Assembly (NCBI GenBank): GCA_035577785.1
Contig: DATLUZ010000019.1
Location: forward strand, 1,498 to 65,497
Source of the DNA: Burkholderiales bacterium
Lineage (GTDB): Bacteria; Pseudomonadota; Gammaproteobacteria; Burkholderiales; SG8-39
Length of the DNA stretch: 64,000 nucleotides
Reading direction: 5' to 3'
Each line of letters opens with the position of its first letter. Within the stretch, counting starts at the first letter, position 1. The notes beneath the pieces were generated by a model. The model was not told where the DNA came from. It made no database searches and saw nothing but the letters and a program-made list of their open reading frames with translations. Made by a program: the position numbers and the translations under genes. Below, piece by piece: positions 46,900 through 56,292 of this stretch.

Positions 46900-47705
46900 T
46901 GGAGCTCGTCGTCGACCGCAGACGGGCTTTCGCCTACACGGCCTCGCACGCGTTCGATCCGAAGAAACCGACGCTCGTGTTCGTGCACGGCGCCGGGCTC
47001 GACCACTCGCTGTTCGGCCTGCAGAGCCGCTATTTCGGCTATCACGGCCGCAACGTGCTGGCGCTCGACCTCCCCGGCCACGGCCGCTCCGAAGGGCCGC
47101 CGCTTCCCACCGTCGCCGCGATCGCCGACTGGGTGTTCGGCGTGCTCGACGCGCAGGGCATCGGCACGGCGGGCATCGTCGGCCATTCCATGGGTGCGCT
47201 CGTCGCCCTCGAGGCGGCGAGCCGCCGGCCCGAGCGGGTCGAGCGGATCGCCTGCATCGGCGTCGCCTACCCGATGAAGGTTTCGGAGGCGTTCCTGGAA
47301 GCGGCGCGCAGGAACGACCAGGCGGCGTTCGACATGGAGACGATCTGGGGCCACGCGCCGCAGGTCCCGTTGGGCGGCAACCCGAACCCCGGGATGTGGA
47401 TGTACGGCGACGCGCTGGCGCGGCTCGCGCGCCTCGCCCCGGGCGTGCTCTACAACGACCTCAAGGCGTGCGACGACTACGCCTCGGACTTCGCCGGCGT
47501 GAAGTGCCCGGTGCTGCTCTTGCTTGGAAAGCGGGACGTGATGACGCCGCCGCGCGCAGCTGCTCTGCTGCAAAAATTACCCACTGCGAAGACCGTGCTG
47601 GTCGAGCTTTCGGGCCATTCGCTGATGGCCGAGGCGCCCGACGCCACCCTCGATGCGCTGGTGGCGTTCTTCAGCGAAATTCCGACAGGTCGACCCGGCC
47701 GCTGA
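46899..47705 (+). CDS. alpha/beta hydrolase
   Basis: ATGA overlap with metY. HGAGLDHS and the GHSMGA nucleophile elbow. Confidence 0.8.
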   Translation: MELVVDRRRAFAYTASHAFDPKKPTLVFVHGAGLDHSLFGLQSRYFGYHGRNVLALDLPGHGRSEGPPLPTVAAIADWVFGVLDAQGIGTAGIVGHSMGALVALEAASRRPERVERIACIGVAYPMKVSEAFLEAARRNDQAAFDMETIWGHAPQVPLGGNPNPGMWMYGDALARLARLAPGVLYNDLKACDDYASDFAGVKCPVLLLLGKRDVMTPPRAAALLQKLPTAKTVLVELSGHSLMAEAPDATLDALVAFFSEIPTGRPGR

Positions 47706-49026
47706 GGCCGCTCGTCGCGAAGTCCAGAAAGCTGGAGGCGCGCGCGGCGGGCCAGCCGCCGTACGCGCAGTTGAGCCTGAACTTCTCTTCGAGGTCCGCG
47801 CGCGACAGCGGCTCGTGCGCGCCGCCGCGGAAGTGCGCCTGGCGCTCCTCGAGCACGGCGCCATCCTTCATCCGCACGCGCACGTGGCCGGTGAATTCGT
47901 CCGGGTAGGGGTTGTCGGGGTCGATTTCGTAGCGCACCTTCGAGGCGACCGCAAGCAGCCGCGGGTCGCGCACGCGCTCCTCGGTGAAGGCCTCGAGCCC
48001 GGCATGGCCCAGCACGAAGCCGGCGGCGATGCAGTAGGGCTGGCTGAACTTGGCGCCGTAGGCGTTCGGCGGCTGGCGCTTGGCCGCGAGCGGTTCCCAC
48101 AGGCGGTGCACCGTGCCTTCCCCGACCTCGCAGACGATTTCCGCTATCTGGTTCAAGTCGATTTTTGGGGCCAGTCGGCGAGCGCAGTCGACGTACGGAT
48201 GAGTCATCGTGCCGCAGGCGTAGACCTTGAAGGCGAGCGACTCGGCGATCCAGCGGCTGCCGAAGCCTTCGGTGAGCTTCGCCCACTCGCCCTGCGTGGT
48301 GTGCGCGAAGGCGTGGAAGAAGCCGTGTGTTCCCTCGAACACTGAGCGCGGACCGACGAAGCCCGAGCGCGCGAGGTCGGCGGCGCGGATGCCCGACTGC
48401 GCTGCCCAGCCCGGGTGCAGCCGCTTGGTCCAGGCGCCTTCGGCCAGGTATTCGATGATTCCCGAGGCCATCGAGCCTGCGATGCCGAGCGCGTTCACGA
48501 ACTCGCCTTTCGAAAGCCCGAGCAGCGTTGAAACGGCTGCGGCGGCACCCATTGCGCCGAGCACCGCCGTGGGATGGAAGCCTGCCTTGTGGATGAGCTT
48601 GGGCGCTACGAGGCTCGCCCGGCACATCACTTCTACTCCAATGGCAATGGAACGGGCTGCATCTGAACCCGAAATCTTTTCCCGCTCGGCGACCGCAAGG
48701 ACCGCGGGGACGATCACGGCGCCGGAGTGCACCGGTCCGCCTTCGAACGTGTCGTCGAAGTCCTCGCCGTGCGCGGCGGTGCCGTTGACGAACGCCGCGC
48801 CCGCCGCGTCCAGCGTGCGGGCGTGCCCGATGGCGGTGCAGCGCCCGTCCGCCTCCCAGGCCGCGAGCGCCGCCTGCACGTAGTCGGCCTTGCGAGCGGC
48901 GACGCAGAGCCCCGCAACGTCGACGAGAAGCCTTTCCGCCACTGCGGCCATTGCCGGCGAAAGCTTGGCCCGCTGCGCTCCCGCGGCGAGCGATTCGGAT
49001 ATCGATTCGGATATCGATTCGGTCAT
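47671..49026 (-). CDS. MmgE/PrpD-family protein (2-methylcitrate-dehydratase-like)
   Basis: Family-typical length and segments (DFDDTFEGGPVHSGAVIVPA, GFHPTAVLGAMGAAAA). Confidence 0.85.
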   Translation of the reverse strand: MTESISESISESLAAGAQRAKLSPAMAAVAERLLVDVAGLCVAARKADYVQAALAAWEADGRCTAIGHARTLDAAGAAFVNGTAAHGEDFDDTFEGGPVHSGAVIVPAVLAVAEREKISGSDAARSIAIGVEVMCRASLVAPKLIHKAGFHPTAVLGAMGAAAAVSTLLGLSKGEFVNALGIAGSMASGIIEYLAEGAWTKRLHPGWAAQSGIRAADLARSGFVGPRSVFEGTHGFFHAFAHTTQGEWAKLTEGFGSRWIAESLAFKVYACGTMTHPYVDCARRLAPKIDLNQIAEIVCEVGEGTVHRLWEPLAAKRQPPNAYGAKFSQPYCIAAGFVLGHAGLEAFTEERVRDPRLLAVASKVRYEIDPDNPYPDEFTGHVRVRMKDGAVLEERQAHFRGGAHEPLSRADLEEKFRLNCAYGGWPAARASSFLDFATSGLSGRVDLSEFR

Positions 49027-49037
49027 GGTTCATCTTG

Positions 49038-50345
49038 CTATGACCAGCGGGTTCGCGCAACGAACCAGATCGTCAGCAGCCCGGATACCGCCATCGCGGC
49101 CGCGATCACGATGAAGATGCCGCCGAGCGAGGCTGCCGCTGCGCCGCCGGCGATGACGATCACGAGGCGCGCCGTGCCGGCGAGGACCGGCCACAGGACC
49201 CTGCCGGCGCCCTGGGAGGCGAAATAGAGCGCGATGTTCGCGGCCAGCATCGGATAGAACGGCGCCACCGCGCGCAGATAGTGCGAGCCGCTCTCGAGCA
49301 CACCGCGATCGGAGCTGAAGAGCCCCACCCAGGCGAGCGGAGCAAGGCTCGCTACGAGCCCGATCGCGAGGCTGATCGAGGCGGCGAACGCCGTCCCGAT
49401 CCAGGCGATGCGCTTGGCGCGCCCGGGGCGCTTCGCTCCTATGTTGACGCCTACCAGCACCACCATCGCCTGGCCGACTGCGAAGACGAGCGGAATCTGC
49501 AGCAGCTCCAGGCGCAAGCCCACGCCGTAGCCCGCGAGGGCCGCGGCGCCGTAGCCGCCGACCAAGCCGGTGAGGATCACGGCGGTAAGCACGGTCTGGA
49601 ACGAGGACAGCACCGAAATGCCGCCCACGCGCAGGATCTCGCGGAAAAGGCGCCTGTCCAGGCCCAGGTCGCCGCGCGACGGTCGCAGCGCGCTCGAACG
49701 CCTGAAGACCACGACCGCCATCGCCGCGGCCGCGATGCCGAAGCTCGCGATGTAGGCGAAGCCGGCGCCGGCGATGCCGATGCGGCTGACGAGGAATCCG
49801 CAGAGCGGCACCTGCACCACCGCGGCGGCGATCAGGGTGACAGCGGGCACCAGCATGTTGCCCGTGCCGCGCAGCACGCTCGAGAGCGTGTTCGCCATCC
49901 ACACCGTGATGGCGCCGGCGAACACCACGGTGCTGTAGCGCGTTGCGTTCGCGAGCGTCTCGTCCCTGCCGCCGAGCAGGGCGTAGATCGCGGGACCGAG
50001 AGCGAGGACAAGGACGCTGAACGCCCCGCCCATGAGGGCGGCGATGACGAGCGCATGGACGACGAGGCGCCGTGCGGTCGGCAGGTTGCCAGACCCGAGC
50101 GCGCGCGCGATAGCGGAAGAGACCCCGCCTCCCATTGCGCCCGCGGAGGTCATCTGCAGCAGCATGATCAACGGGAACACCAGCGCGAGGCCGGCGAGGG
50201 GCGCCGTGCCGAGGCGGCCGACGAAATAGGTGTCGCCGATCGATACCAGCGACTGGAACGCGACCAGCAGCACGCCCGGCGCCGACAGCCGCGCGAGCGT
50301 CGGCACGATGGGCGCGGCGAGCAGCCGCTCGGTGCGCGGATTCAA
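49038..50345 (-). CDS. MATE-family efflux transporter
   Basis: 12-TM pattern and GDTYFVGRLG. The listed ATG (50399) lies inside the R2 repeat. TTG 50345 is a more plausible start, but it remains uncertain. Confidence 0.8.
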   Translation of the reverse strand: MNPRTERLLAAPIVPTLARLSAPGVLLVAFQSLVSIGDTYFVGRLGTAPLAGLALVFPLIMLLQMTSAGAMGGGVSSAIARALGSGNLPTARRLVVHALVIAALMGGAFSVLVLALGPAIYALLGGRDETLANATRYSTVVFAGAITVWMANTLSSVLRGTGNMLVPAVTLIAAAVVQVPLCGFLVSRIGIAGAGFAYIASFGIAAAAMAVVVFRRSSALRPSRGDLGLDRRLFREILRVGGISVLSSFQTVLTAVILTGLVGGYGAAALAGYGVGLRLELLQIPLVFAVGQAMVVLVGVNIGAKRPGRAKRIAWIGTAFAASISLAIGLVASLAPLAWVGLFSSDRGVLESGSHYLRAVAPFYPMLAANIALYFASQGAGRVLWPVLAGTARLVIVIAGGAAAASLGGIFIVIAAAMAVSGLLTIWFVARTRWS

Positions 50346-50354
50346 GAAAGAGAA

Positions 50355-50447
50355 GAAAAAGGGGTCAGAGGAATTTTCCTGCAACACATTGCAGCGCATG
50401 CGCGCTTGCCGGAAGTGTTACAGGAAAATTCCTCCGACCCCTTTTTC
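50355..50447. repeat. R2: 33-bp inverted repeat (31/33 complementary) around a 27-nt spacer
   Basis: GAAAAAGGGGTCAGAGGAATTTTCCTGCAACAC (50355-50387) pairs with GTGTTACAGGAAAATTCCTCCGACCCCTTTTTC (50415-50447). The spacer contains the palindrome GCGCATGCGC. Confidence 0.85.
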
Positions 50448-50451
50448 GTGC

Positions 50452-50808
50452 TTACCGCGCTCCGGGCAACGCCCTGGGGATGACGAGCGCAGCAGTCCAG
50501 CCGAGAGCGACACCGATGCCATCGGCCAGCATGTCGAGGAGCTCGAAGCTGCGATAGCCGGTCCAGCCCTGGATGAATTCCAGCGCCACGCCCATCGCGG
50601 CGAAGCCGGCCGCATAGGCGAGCTGCGTGCTTCGCCGGCCGTAGAGCTGCGAAAACCAGAACATCACGCCGCCGTACGCGATGAAGTGACCCACCTTGTC
50701 GCTCTGCTCGAAGTCGACCTTCGGCGGCGAAGGCGTGAGCGAGAGCCATATGATGGCCGCGACCAGCCCCCAGCCGACAGCCAGCCAGACCGGCCGCAGG
50801 TTTTTCAA
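50452..50808 (-). CDS. VanZ-family membrane protein
   Basis: Four TM segments. DKVGHFIAYG and EFIQ motifs typical of VanZ-like proteins. Confidence 0.7.
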   Translation of the reverse strand: MKNLRPVWLAVGWGLVAAIIWLSLTPSPPKVDFEQSDKVGHFIAYGGVMFWFSQLYGRRSTQLAYAAGFAAMGVALEFIQGWTGYRSFELLDMLADGIGVALGWTAALVIPRALPGAR

Positions 50809-50817
50809 AAATAACCT

Positions 50818-51909
50818 TTAGAAAAGCGTCATTTGACCATCGATAGGCGGCGGCCTGAAGCGCGAGCAATCGAGCTCGGCTCGCGCCCGCGGTGCTTCTC
50901 GCGAGTTGAGACCGTACTTGCGGCACGCTATGTCGAAGCGCTTGGCGATCAGCTCGGCGTAGTTGCCCGTGCCGCTCATGCGCGTCCCGAAGCGCGGGTC
51001 GTTGTCCTTGCCGCCGCGCAGGTCTCGAATGACGCTCATCACGTGCTCCGCGCGCTGGGGATAGTGCTCCGCCAGCCATTCCTTGAAGAGCTCGCGCAGC
51101 TCGTTCGGCAACCGCATGATGACGTAGGCCGCTTCGCCCGCGCCCGCTGCGGCCGCGGCCTCGAGGACGTGCTCGAGGGTCTTGTCGTTCAGCGCAGGGA
51201 TGAGCGCTGCTACCATCACCCCGCAGGGAACACGGTGTTCATTTAGCTTTTTCAGGATATCAAGCCGTCTTTGTGGCGCCGCCGCGCGCGGTTCGAGCTT
51301 CCGGGCGAGCTCACGGTCGAGCGTGCCGATGGAGACGAATACCTTCACCAGGTTCTTTGCCGCCATCGGTCCGAGCAGATCGAGGTCCCGTTCCACCAGC
51401 GCGGACTTGGTGACGATGGTGACCGGATGCTCGCACGCGGCCAGGACCTCGAGAATCTGGCGCGTGATCTTGAATTTGCGCTCGATGGGCTGGTAGCAGT
51501 CCGTGTTGGCACCGAGCGCGATCGGCTGCGGCCTGTAGCCCGGACGGGCGAGCGCCTCGCGCAGCAGCTCGGCGGCGTTGGTCTTGGCGAAGAGCCTGGT
51601 CTCGAAGTCGAGGCCGGGCGAGAGCTCGAGATAGGCGTGGCTGGGCCGCGCGTAGCAGTAGATGCAGCCGTGCTCGCAGCCCCGGTACGGATTGATCGAG
51701 CGGTCGAACCCGACGTCCGGCGAGTCGTTGTGCGAAACGATGGTGCGGGCGCGCTCGATGGTGACCTCGGTCTTCAACTCGCTCGCCGGGGGCTCGTCCG
51801 CAGTCCAGCCGTCGTCGAACGGCTCGCGCGCCGCGGTTTCGAAACGGCCCTGCATGAAGGAGCGCGCGCCCCGCATGTGGAGCCGCGGTTTCGTAGAATC
51901 AGGGGGCAT
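50818..51909 (-). CDS. PA0069-family radical SAM protein
   Basis: CEHGCIYCY (CxxxCxxC) and an N-terminal ...GRFE segment. The start could be 51909 or 51876. Confidence 0.8.
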   Translation of the reverse strand: MPPDSTKPRLHMRGARSFMQGRFETAAREPFDDGWTADEPPASELKTEVTIERARTIVSHNDSPDVGFDRSINPYRGCEHGCIYCYARPSHAYLELSPGLDFETRLFAKTNAAELLREALARPGYRPQPIALGANTDCYQPIERKFKITRQILEVLAACEHPVTIVTKSALVERDLDLLGPMAAKNLVKVFVSIGTLDRELARKLEPRAAAPQRRLDILKKLNEHRVPCGVMVAALIPALNDKTLEHVLEAAAAAGAGEAAYVIMRLPNELRELFKEWLAEHYPQRAEHVMSVIRDLRGGKDNDPRFGTRMSGTGNYAELIAKRFDIACRKYGLNSREAPRARAELDCSRFRPPPIDGQMTLF

Positions 51910-53128
51910 GGCGGATACTGTATATCCAGACAGTAATGAACGCAATGAGCGCACGACCAGGCGCAATATCGGCCTGCTCGCCGCGTGTCAGGCGCTGCTG
52001 TTCACGAACAACTCCACCCTCATTGCAATCAACGGCCTGGCCGGCCTGTCGCTCGCGCCCTACGCGGCGCTCGCCACGCTGCCGGTCACCTGCTGGGTGC
52101 TGGGCGGAGCCCTCGCCACCATGGCGGCGTCGTTCTACATGAAGCGCGCCGGCCGCCAGGCGGGCCTGACGCGGGGCACCTTCTTCGGCATCGTGGGCGC
52201 GCTGATCTGCGCAGCGGCGATTCTCCTGCACAGCTTCTGGCTCCTGTGCCTGGGTACGCTGGTATGGGGCGTCTACAACGCATTCGGCCAGTACTACCGC
52301 TTTGTCGCGGCGGACATCGCGACGCCGGACCTGCGGGCCAACGCGATCTCGATCGTCCTGGCGGGCGGCCTGGTCGGGGGCATCGTCGGCCCCGCGACGA
52401 GCCGCTATACGATCGATCTCGTCCAGCCGAAGTTCATGGGCGCCTACGTCGCGCTCATCGGCTTCGCGCTCTTCACGATGCTGCTGCTGCGCTTCATTCG
52501 CATCCCGACGCCGAGCGCGGCCGAAAGAGCGGCGTCGGGCCGGCCGCTCGCCGTGATCGCCGCACAGCCCAAGTTCATCATCGCGGTGTTCTCCGGGGCG
52601 GTGAGCTACGGGGTCATGAACTTCCTGATGACCTCGACCCCGATCGCCATGCAGGCCTGCGGCCACCCGTTCGGCGACGCGGCCTTCGTGATCTCATCGC
52701 ACATCGTCGGCATGTTCGCGCCCTCGTTCTTCACCGGCAGGCTGATCCGGCGCTTCGGCGTGCTGCCGGTCATGCTGACCGGGGCGGCGCTCAACCTCGT
52801 GTGCATCGGCGTGGCGCTCGCCGGCATTGCGGTAGCCAATTTCTGGTGGTCGCTCGTGCTGCTGGGTGTAGGCTGGAACTTCCTTTATATCGGAGGCACC
52901 ACGCTCCTCACCGACACCTATCGACCCGAGGAACGCGCCAAAGCGCAGGGCGCCAACGACCAGGCCATCTTCATCGTGATGGTGATCTCTTCCTTCACCT
53001 CGGGCATGACAGTGACCACCGCCGGGTGGGAGCGCGTCAACCTCATGGCGCTGCCGCTCATCGGCCTGGTCGCGGCAGCGCTCGCCTGGTTCGCCCTCCA
53101 CCAGCGGGCACAGCGGGCGCCAGCATGA
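51908..53128 (+). CDS. MFS transporter
   Basis: Start MADTVYPDSNE at 51908. About 12 TM segments. The ATG overlaps the divergent radical-SAM candidate start. Confidence 0.8.
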   Translation: MADTVYPDSNERNERTTRRNIGLLAACQALLFTNNSTLIAINGLAGLSLAPYAALATLPVTCWVLGGALATMAASFYMKRAGRQAGLTRGTFFGIVGALICAAAILLHSFWLLCLGTLVWGVYNAFGQYYRFVAADIATPDLRANAISIVLAGGLVGGIVGPATSRYTIDLVQPKFMGAYVALIGFALFTMLLLRFIRIPTPSAAERAASGRPLAVIAAQPKFIIAVFSGAVSYGVMNFLMTSTPIAMQACGHPFGDAAFVISSHIVGMFAPSFFTGRLIRRFGVLPVMLTGAALNLVCIGVALAGIAVANFWWSLVLLGVGWNFLYIGGTTLLTDTYRPEERAKAQGANDQAIFIVMVISSFTSGMTVTTAGWERVNLMALPLIGLVAAALAWFALHQRAQRAPA

Positions 53129-54219
53129 GCCAAAAACCACCCGCCGTCATCGGTCAGCGCGCCGAGGAGGTCGACACCCCGGCGCTCGTCCTCGACCTCG
53201 ATGCCTTTGAACGCAACCTCGACACGCTCGCCCGGGCAGTGGCGGGAAAGGTCCGGGTGAGGGCGCACGCCAAGACGCACAAGTCACCCGACATCGCAAG
53301 GCGCCAGATCGCGGCGGGCGCGGTCGGCGTGTGCTGCCAGAAGGTCTCGGAGGCGGAAGCGCTGGTGGAGGGCGGGGTGCAGGACGTCCTCGTCAGCAAC
53401 GAGATCGTTGGGCCGGCGAAGATCGCGCGCCTCGCCGAGCTTTCGCGGCGCGCACGTCTCGGTGTGTGTGTCGACAACCTCGACAATCTGCGGCAGATCG
53501 CCGCCAGCGGCGCGCGCCTCGACGTCTATATCGAGCTCGAGGTCGGCATGGGCCGCTGCGGCATCGCGCCCGGCGAGCCGGCGCTCGCGCTCGCGCGCGA
53601 GATCGCGAAAGCGCCCGGCCTGCGCTTCGGCGGCCTGCAGGCCTACCACGGCCGCGCGCAGCACGTGCGCTCGATGAGCGAGCGCCGCGCCCACATCGCG
53701 CGCGCCGCCGAAGCGGTGAACGCGACCAGGGCGCTTTTCAGCCGCCACGGCATCGAGACCCCGATCGTCACCGGCGCCGGCAGCGGCAGCTTCATGTTCG
53801 AGGTGGAGTCGGGCGCCTGGGACGAGATCCAGCCCGGCTCGTACATCTTCATGGACGGCGACTACGCGCGCAACGAATGGGCCGCGCCGCTGCCGCGCTT
53901 CGATCACGCGCTCTTCGTGCTGGCCACCGTGATGAGCCGGCCTTCGCCCCATGCCGCGGTCGTCGACGCGGGCCTGAAGGCTTCGAGCGTCGACTCCGGC
54001 ATGCCTACGGTGTGGGGAAAGGAAGTGCTCAAGTTCACCAAGGCCTCGGACGAGCACGGCTTCATCGAAGGACCCGACCCGCCGGCGCTCGGCGAGAAGC
54101 TCTTCCTCGTCCCAGGGCACTGCGATCCGACCGTGAACCTTTACGACTGGTACGTCTGCGTTCGCAAAAATGTCGTAGAGGATTTGTGGCCGATAACTGC
54201 CAGAGGGGCTTTGACCTAG
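53125..54219 (+). CDS. DSD1/D-threonine-aldolase-family PLP enzyme (alanine-racemase-N fold)
   Basis: ATGA overlap with the MFS stop. PLP lysine region VRAHAKTHKSP. C-terminal PGHCDPTVNLYD. Confidence 0.8.
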   Translation: MSQKPPAVIGQRAEEVDTPALVLDLDAFERNLDTLARAVAGKVRVRAHAKTHKSPDIARRQIAAGAVGVCCQKVSEAEALVEGGVQDVLVSNEIVGPAKIARLAELSRRARLGVCVDNLDNLRQIAASGARLDVYIELEVGMGRCGIAPGEPALALAREIAKAPGLRFGGLQAYHGRAQHVRSMSERRAHIARAAEAVNATRALFSRHGIETPIVTGAGSGSFMFEVESGAWDEIQPGSYIFMDGDYARNEWAAPLPRFDHALFVLATVMSRPSPHAAVVDAGLKASSVDSGMPTVWGKEVLKFTKASDEHGFIEGPDPPALGEKLFLVPGHCDPTVNLYDWYVCVRKNVVEDLWPITARGALT

Positions 54220-54250
54220 CAGGAAAAGTTGTCTCCGCAAGGGCCGGAGA

Positions 54251-54676
54251 ATGGCGAGCAAACCACATGTCCTAGCAGCGTTTACGCACCACATCATTCC
54301 ATACCTGGAACGGACGCTCGGAAGCTACGTCGATGTGGTGTCGGCCCATACGGTCGAAGACGCTCTAAGGACGCTGGAGGACGATCGCGCGATAGCTCTC
54401 GTCCTGTGCGGCGTCTTTTTCAACGGGTCGCGCATGTTCGAACTGATGCGCGCCGTCAGGAACAAGAATCCGCGTTTGCCCTTTATCGCTTGTCGCGTGC
54501 TGCCGCTTGAGTTGGCGCAAGTCTCCATCGACGCACTAACTATTGCGCTGGAGAGTCTTGGCGCCCGTTATGTCGACGTGCCTCGACTCGAGGAGCAGTA
54601 CGGCGAGGAGCAGGCGCAGGCGGAGTTTCGCTCGGTCGTTCTGTCCAAAATTCCTCGAGCGGCCGGCAAGAGGTGA
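54251..54676 (+). CDS. hypothetical protein, possible degenerate CheY-like (pseudo-receiver) fold
   Basis: The alternating strand/helix pattern resembles a receiver, but the acidic pocket is absent (VLAAFTHH, LVLCGVFF). Third codon positions are mixed, unlike the host-typical GC-rich pattern. Confidence 0.4.
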   Translation: MASKPHVLAAFTHHIIPYLERTLGSYVDVVSAHTVEDALRTLEDDRAIALVLCGVFFNGSRMFELMRAVRNKNPRLPFIACRVLPLELAQVSIDALTIALESLGARYVDVPRLEEQYGEEQAQAEFRSVVLSKIPRAAGKR

Positions 54677-54904
54677 AACTGATGCCGCTCGATCAGCTTC
54701 TCATTCCGGTCCAACCGGTTTGCCGTAGCCGTTCTACCACAGTCGGGCACGCTGCTCCGGGCTTTTTTATTTCTGCTCGGCCAACGAACTGGAACAGCTC
54801 GTCGAATTGCATCCGTCGAAGACATTTTGAGCAAGGACGGCGAACGGCTGTCGCTATGATGATCCGCTTCCTCGACACGACGCGAACAGGCAAGAAGAAA
54901 GTAA

Positions 54905-55234
54905 ATGGCTCAGCCAATGATTGCTCTAGCCATTGTGGCCAAACTTGCCTACCAAGCCGTGACCGGCAGCGAGCAGGCCGATGAAGAGATCCTGAACAAT
55001 GTGGCTGCTGCTATCGCAGGCTGGGTGGATGTTTTTGATTGCCGGCCCGTTCAGTCTGGAGGCGAGCCCATCTTGTTGGCATCGCATGAAGTTCGCTCCG
55101 GGAGCTTCGGCGGCGGCGGTATGACGCTCGACTTCAACGACGGCCGGCCAAGCAAGTCGAACCTTTGCATAGGGGTGAACGACGTAAGCCGGGTCATCGT
55201 CGAAATCGGTCACCGATTCAAGCCGCCGTTATGA
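54905..55234 (+). CDS. hypothetical protein
   Basis: 109-aa ORF in the lower-GC islet. No motif recognised. AAGAAAG lies about 8 nt upstream of the ATG. Confidence 0.35.
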   Translation: MAQPMIALAIVAKLAYQAVTGSEQADEEILNNVAAAIAGWVDVFDCRPVQSGGEPILLASHEVRSGSFGGGGMTLDFNDGRPSKSNLCIGVNDVSRVIVEIGHRFKPPL

Positions 55235-55397
55235 AGAGCGCCGCAAGCGGAAGTACCCGGCCTGCGCCATGCGGCGGGCGCCTTTTCTTCCTGCCTGAGG
55301 GGCGACGAGCCGCTGGTGAAACGAGGGCTCAATCAGCATTCGCGGCTGGACCCTCGAGCAGCTCAGATCGCTGATACGGCTTGCAAAATAAGCGCGG

Positions 55398-55589
55398 TCA
55401 CTCCTCGCGCTTGTGCCCGCCGCCGCCATAGATCGGCCGGTATTCGGGATTCACGGGAATCACGCCGGCGAGGCAGTTCGAAGGCTGCGCGCAGCGGCCC
55501 GCGCGCGTGCAAATGAGAAAGTTGCACTGCTCCGGCGCTCCCGCCTGGAGCTCGGGCTTGCGATCGTTCGAATCCGGCGACGTGGCCAT
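55398..55589 (-). CDS. 63-aa four-Cys mini-protein, hypothetical
   Basis: GC-rich third positions and balanced composition, whereas the opposite-strand ORF is Arg-rich. C-x4-C-x5-C-x5-C (CNFLICTRAGRCAQPSNC). No signal peptide. Confidence 0.45.
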   Translation of the reverse strand: MATSPDSNDRKPELQAGAPEQCNFLICTRAGRCAQPSNCLAGVIPVNPEYRPIYGGGGHKREE

Positions 55590-55683
55590 TCAAAGCCTTG
55601 ACGAAACTTTTCGCATTGTCCAACGATCCGCGCGGATTGGGTTCTTGAAATGAACCCGCGCCTGTGTTTTCCTCTTACCTACC

Positions 55684-55938
55684 ATGCGAACCCGGCGCGT
55701 CGATCAAGGCGAAGAGCTCGTCACCCTATGGCACGTCGGCGGCGCGAGCCCCTGCAACGGGCCTGCGCTCAAGGTGCCGGCGGTTTTCCTGGAAGTCGAG
55801 GACCCGGCGCTGCCCGAAGGTTGCGAGCTTCCCGACGGGTCCAAGCTCGATGCCGGCGCCGACCCGGTGTGCGGCACCTGCGGCCACCACCTCGGAGACG
55901 ACCTGGGCGCCGAGCTGGCGCTGTCCAGGGGGCGCTAG
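55684..55938 (+). CDS. 84-aa Cys-containing hypothetical protein
   Basis: GC-rich third positions. Cys residues at SPCNG, EGCEL and VCGTCGH. Divergent from the 63-aa gene. Confidence 0.4.
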   Translation: MRTRRVDQGEELVTLWHVGGASPCNGPALKVPAVFLEVEDPALPEGCELPDGSKLDAGADPVCGTCGHHLGDDLGAELALSRGR

Positions 55939-55962
55939 AGGGTTTCCGGGTAGCTTTTCCGG

Positions 55963-56292
55963 TTAGTGCCAGACGCGGGCGAAGGTGCGGCCCGGCAGCA
56001 GGTCGGCCGCCTTGGGCTCCCGCTGCAGCAGGTCCTCGAGCGCAACGGAGATCTCGCCGATGAAGCCGTTCGTCTGCTCGGGGCTGAGCTCGGGGTACGC
56101 GGTCTCGACCCCGCTCACGTAAAGCTCCCATTCCCGGGGGCCTTCCTTGGCGCTGTCGGAGACGAGCCGCTCGGCGATCGAAAAGCCGCATAGACCCGGC
56201 GAGCGGTCGAAGATCAATTCGATCCGCGCGCTAAGTGCTGCCTCGAGCTCCGCCCGCTGCCCCTTCCCCATGAAACCCCCCATGAAACCCAC
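55963..56292 (-). CDS. hypothetical protein
   Basis: 109-aa ORF with host-like codon usage and acidic composition. No motif recognised. Confidence 0.45.
   Translation of the reverse strand: MGFMGGFMGKGQRAELEAALSARIELIFDRSPGLCGFSIAERLVSDSAKEGPREWELYVSGVETAYPELSPEQTNGFIGEISVALEDLLQREPKAADLLPGRTFARVWH

Noticed and set aside
50355-50447. Active transposable element or insertion sequence
   Set aside because: There is no transposase ORF and I could not identify clear target-site duplications. At most it is a non-autonomous MITE/REP-like element, so I report it as a repeat only.
54673-54984. 103-aa plus-strand ORF and the 74/88-aa minus-strand ORFs in the AT-richer gap after the pseudo-receiver gene
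   Set aside because: They have mutually overlapping frames, Arg/Ser/Cys-rich low-complexity translations, and no ribosome-binding sites or motifs. I treat the region as non-coding, possibly regulatory or sRNA-bearing.
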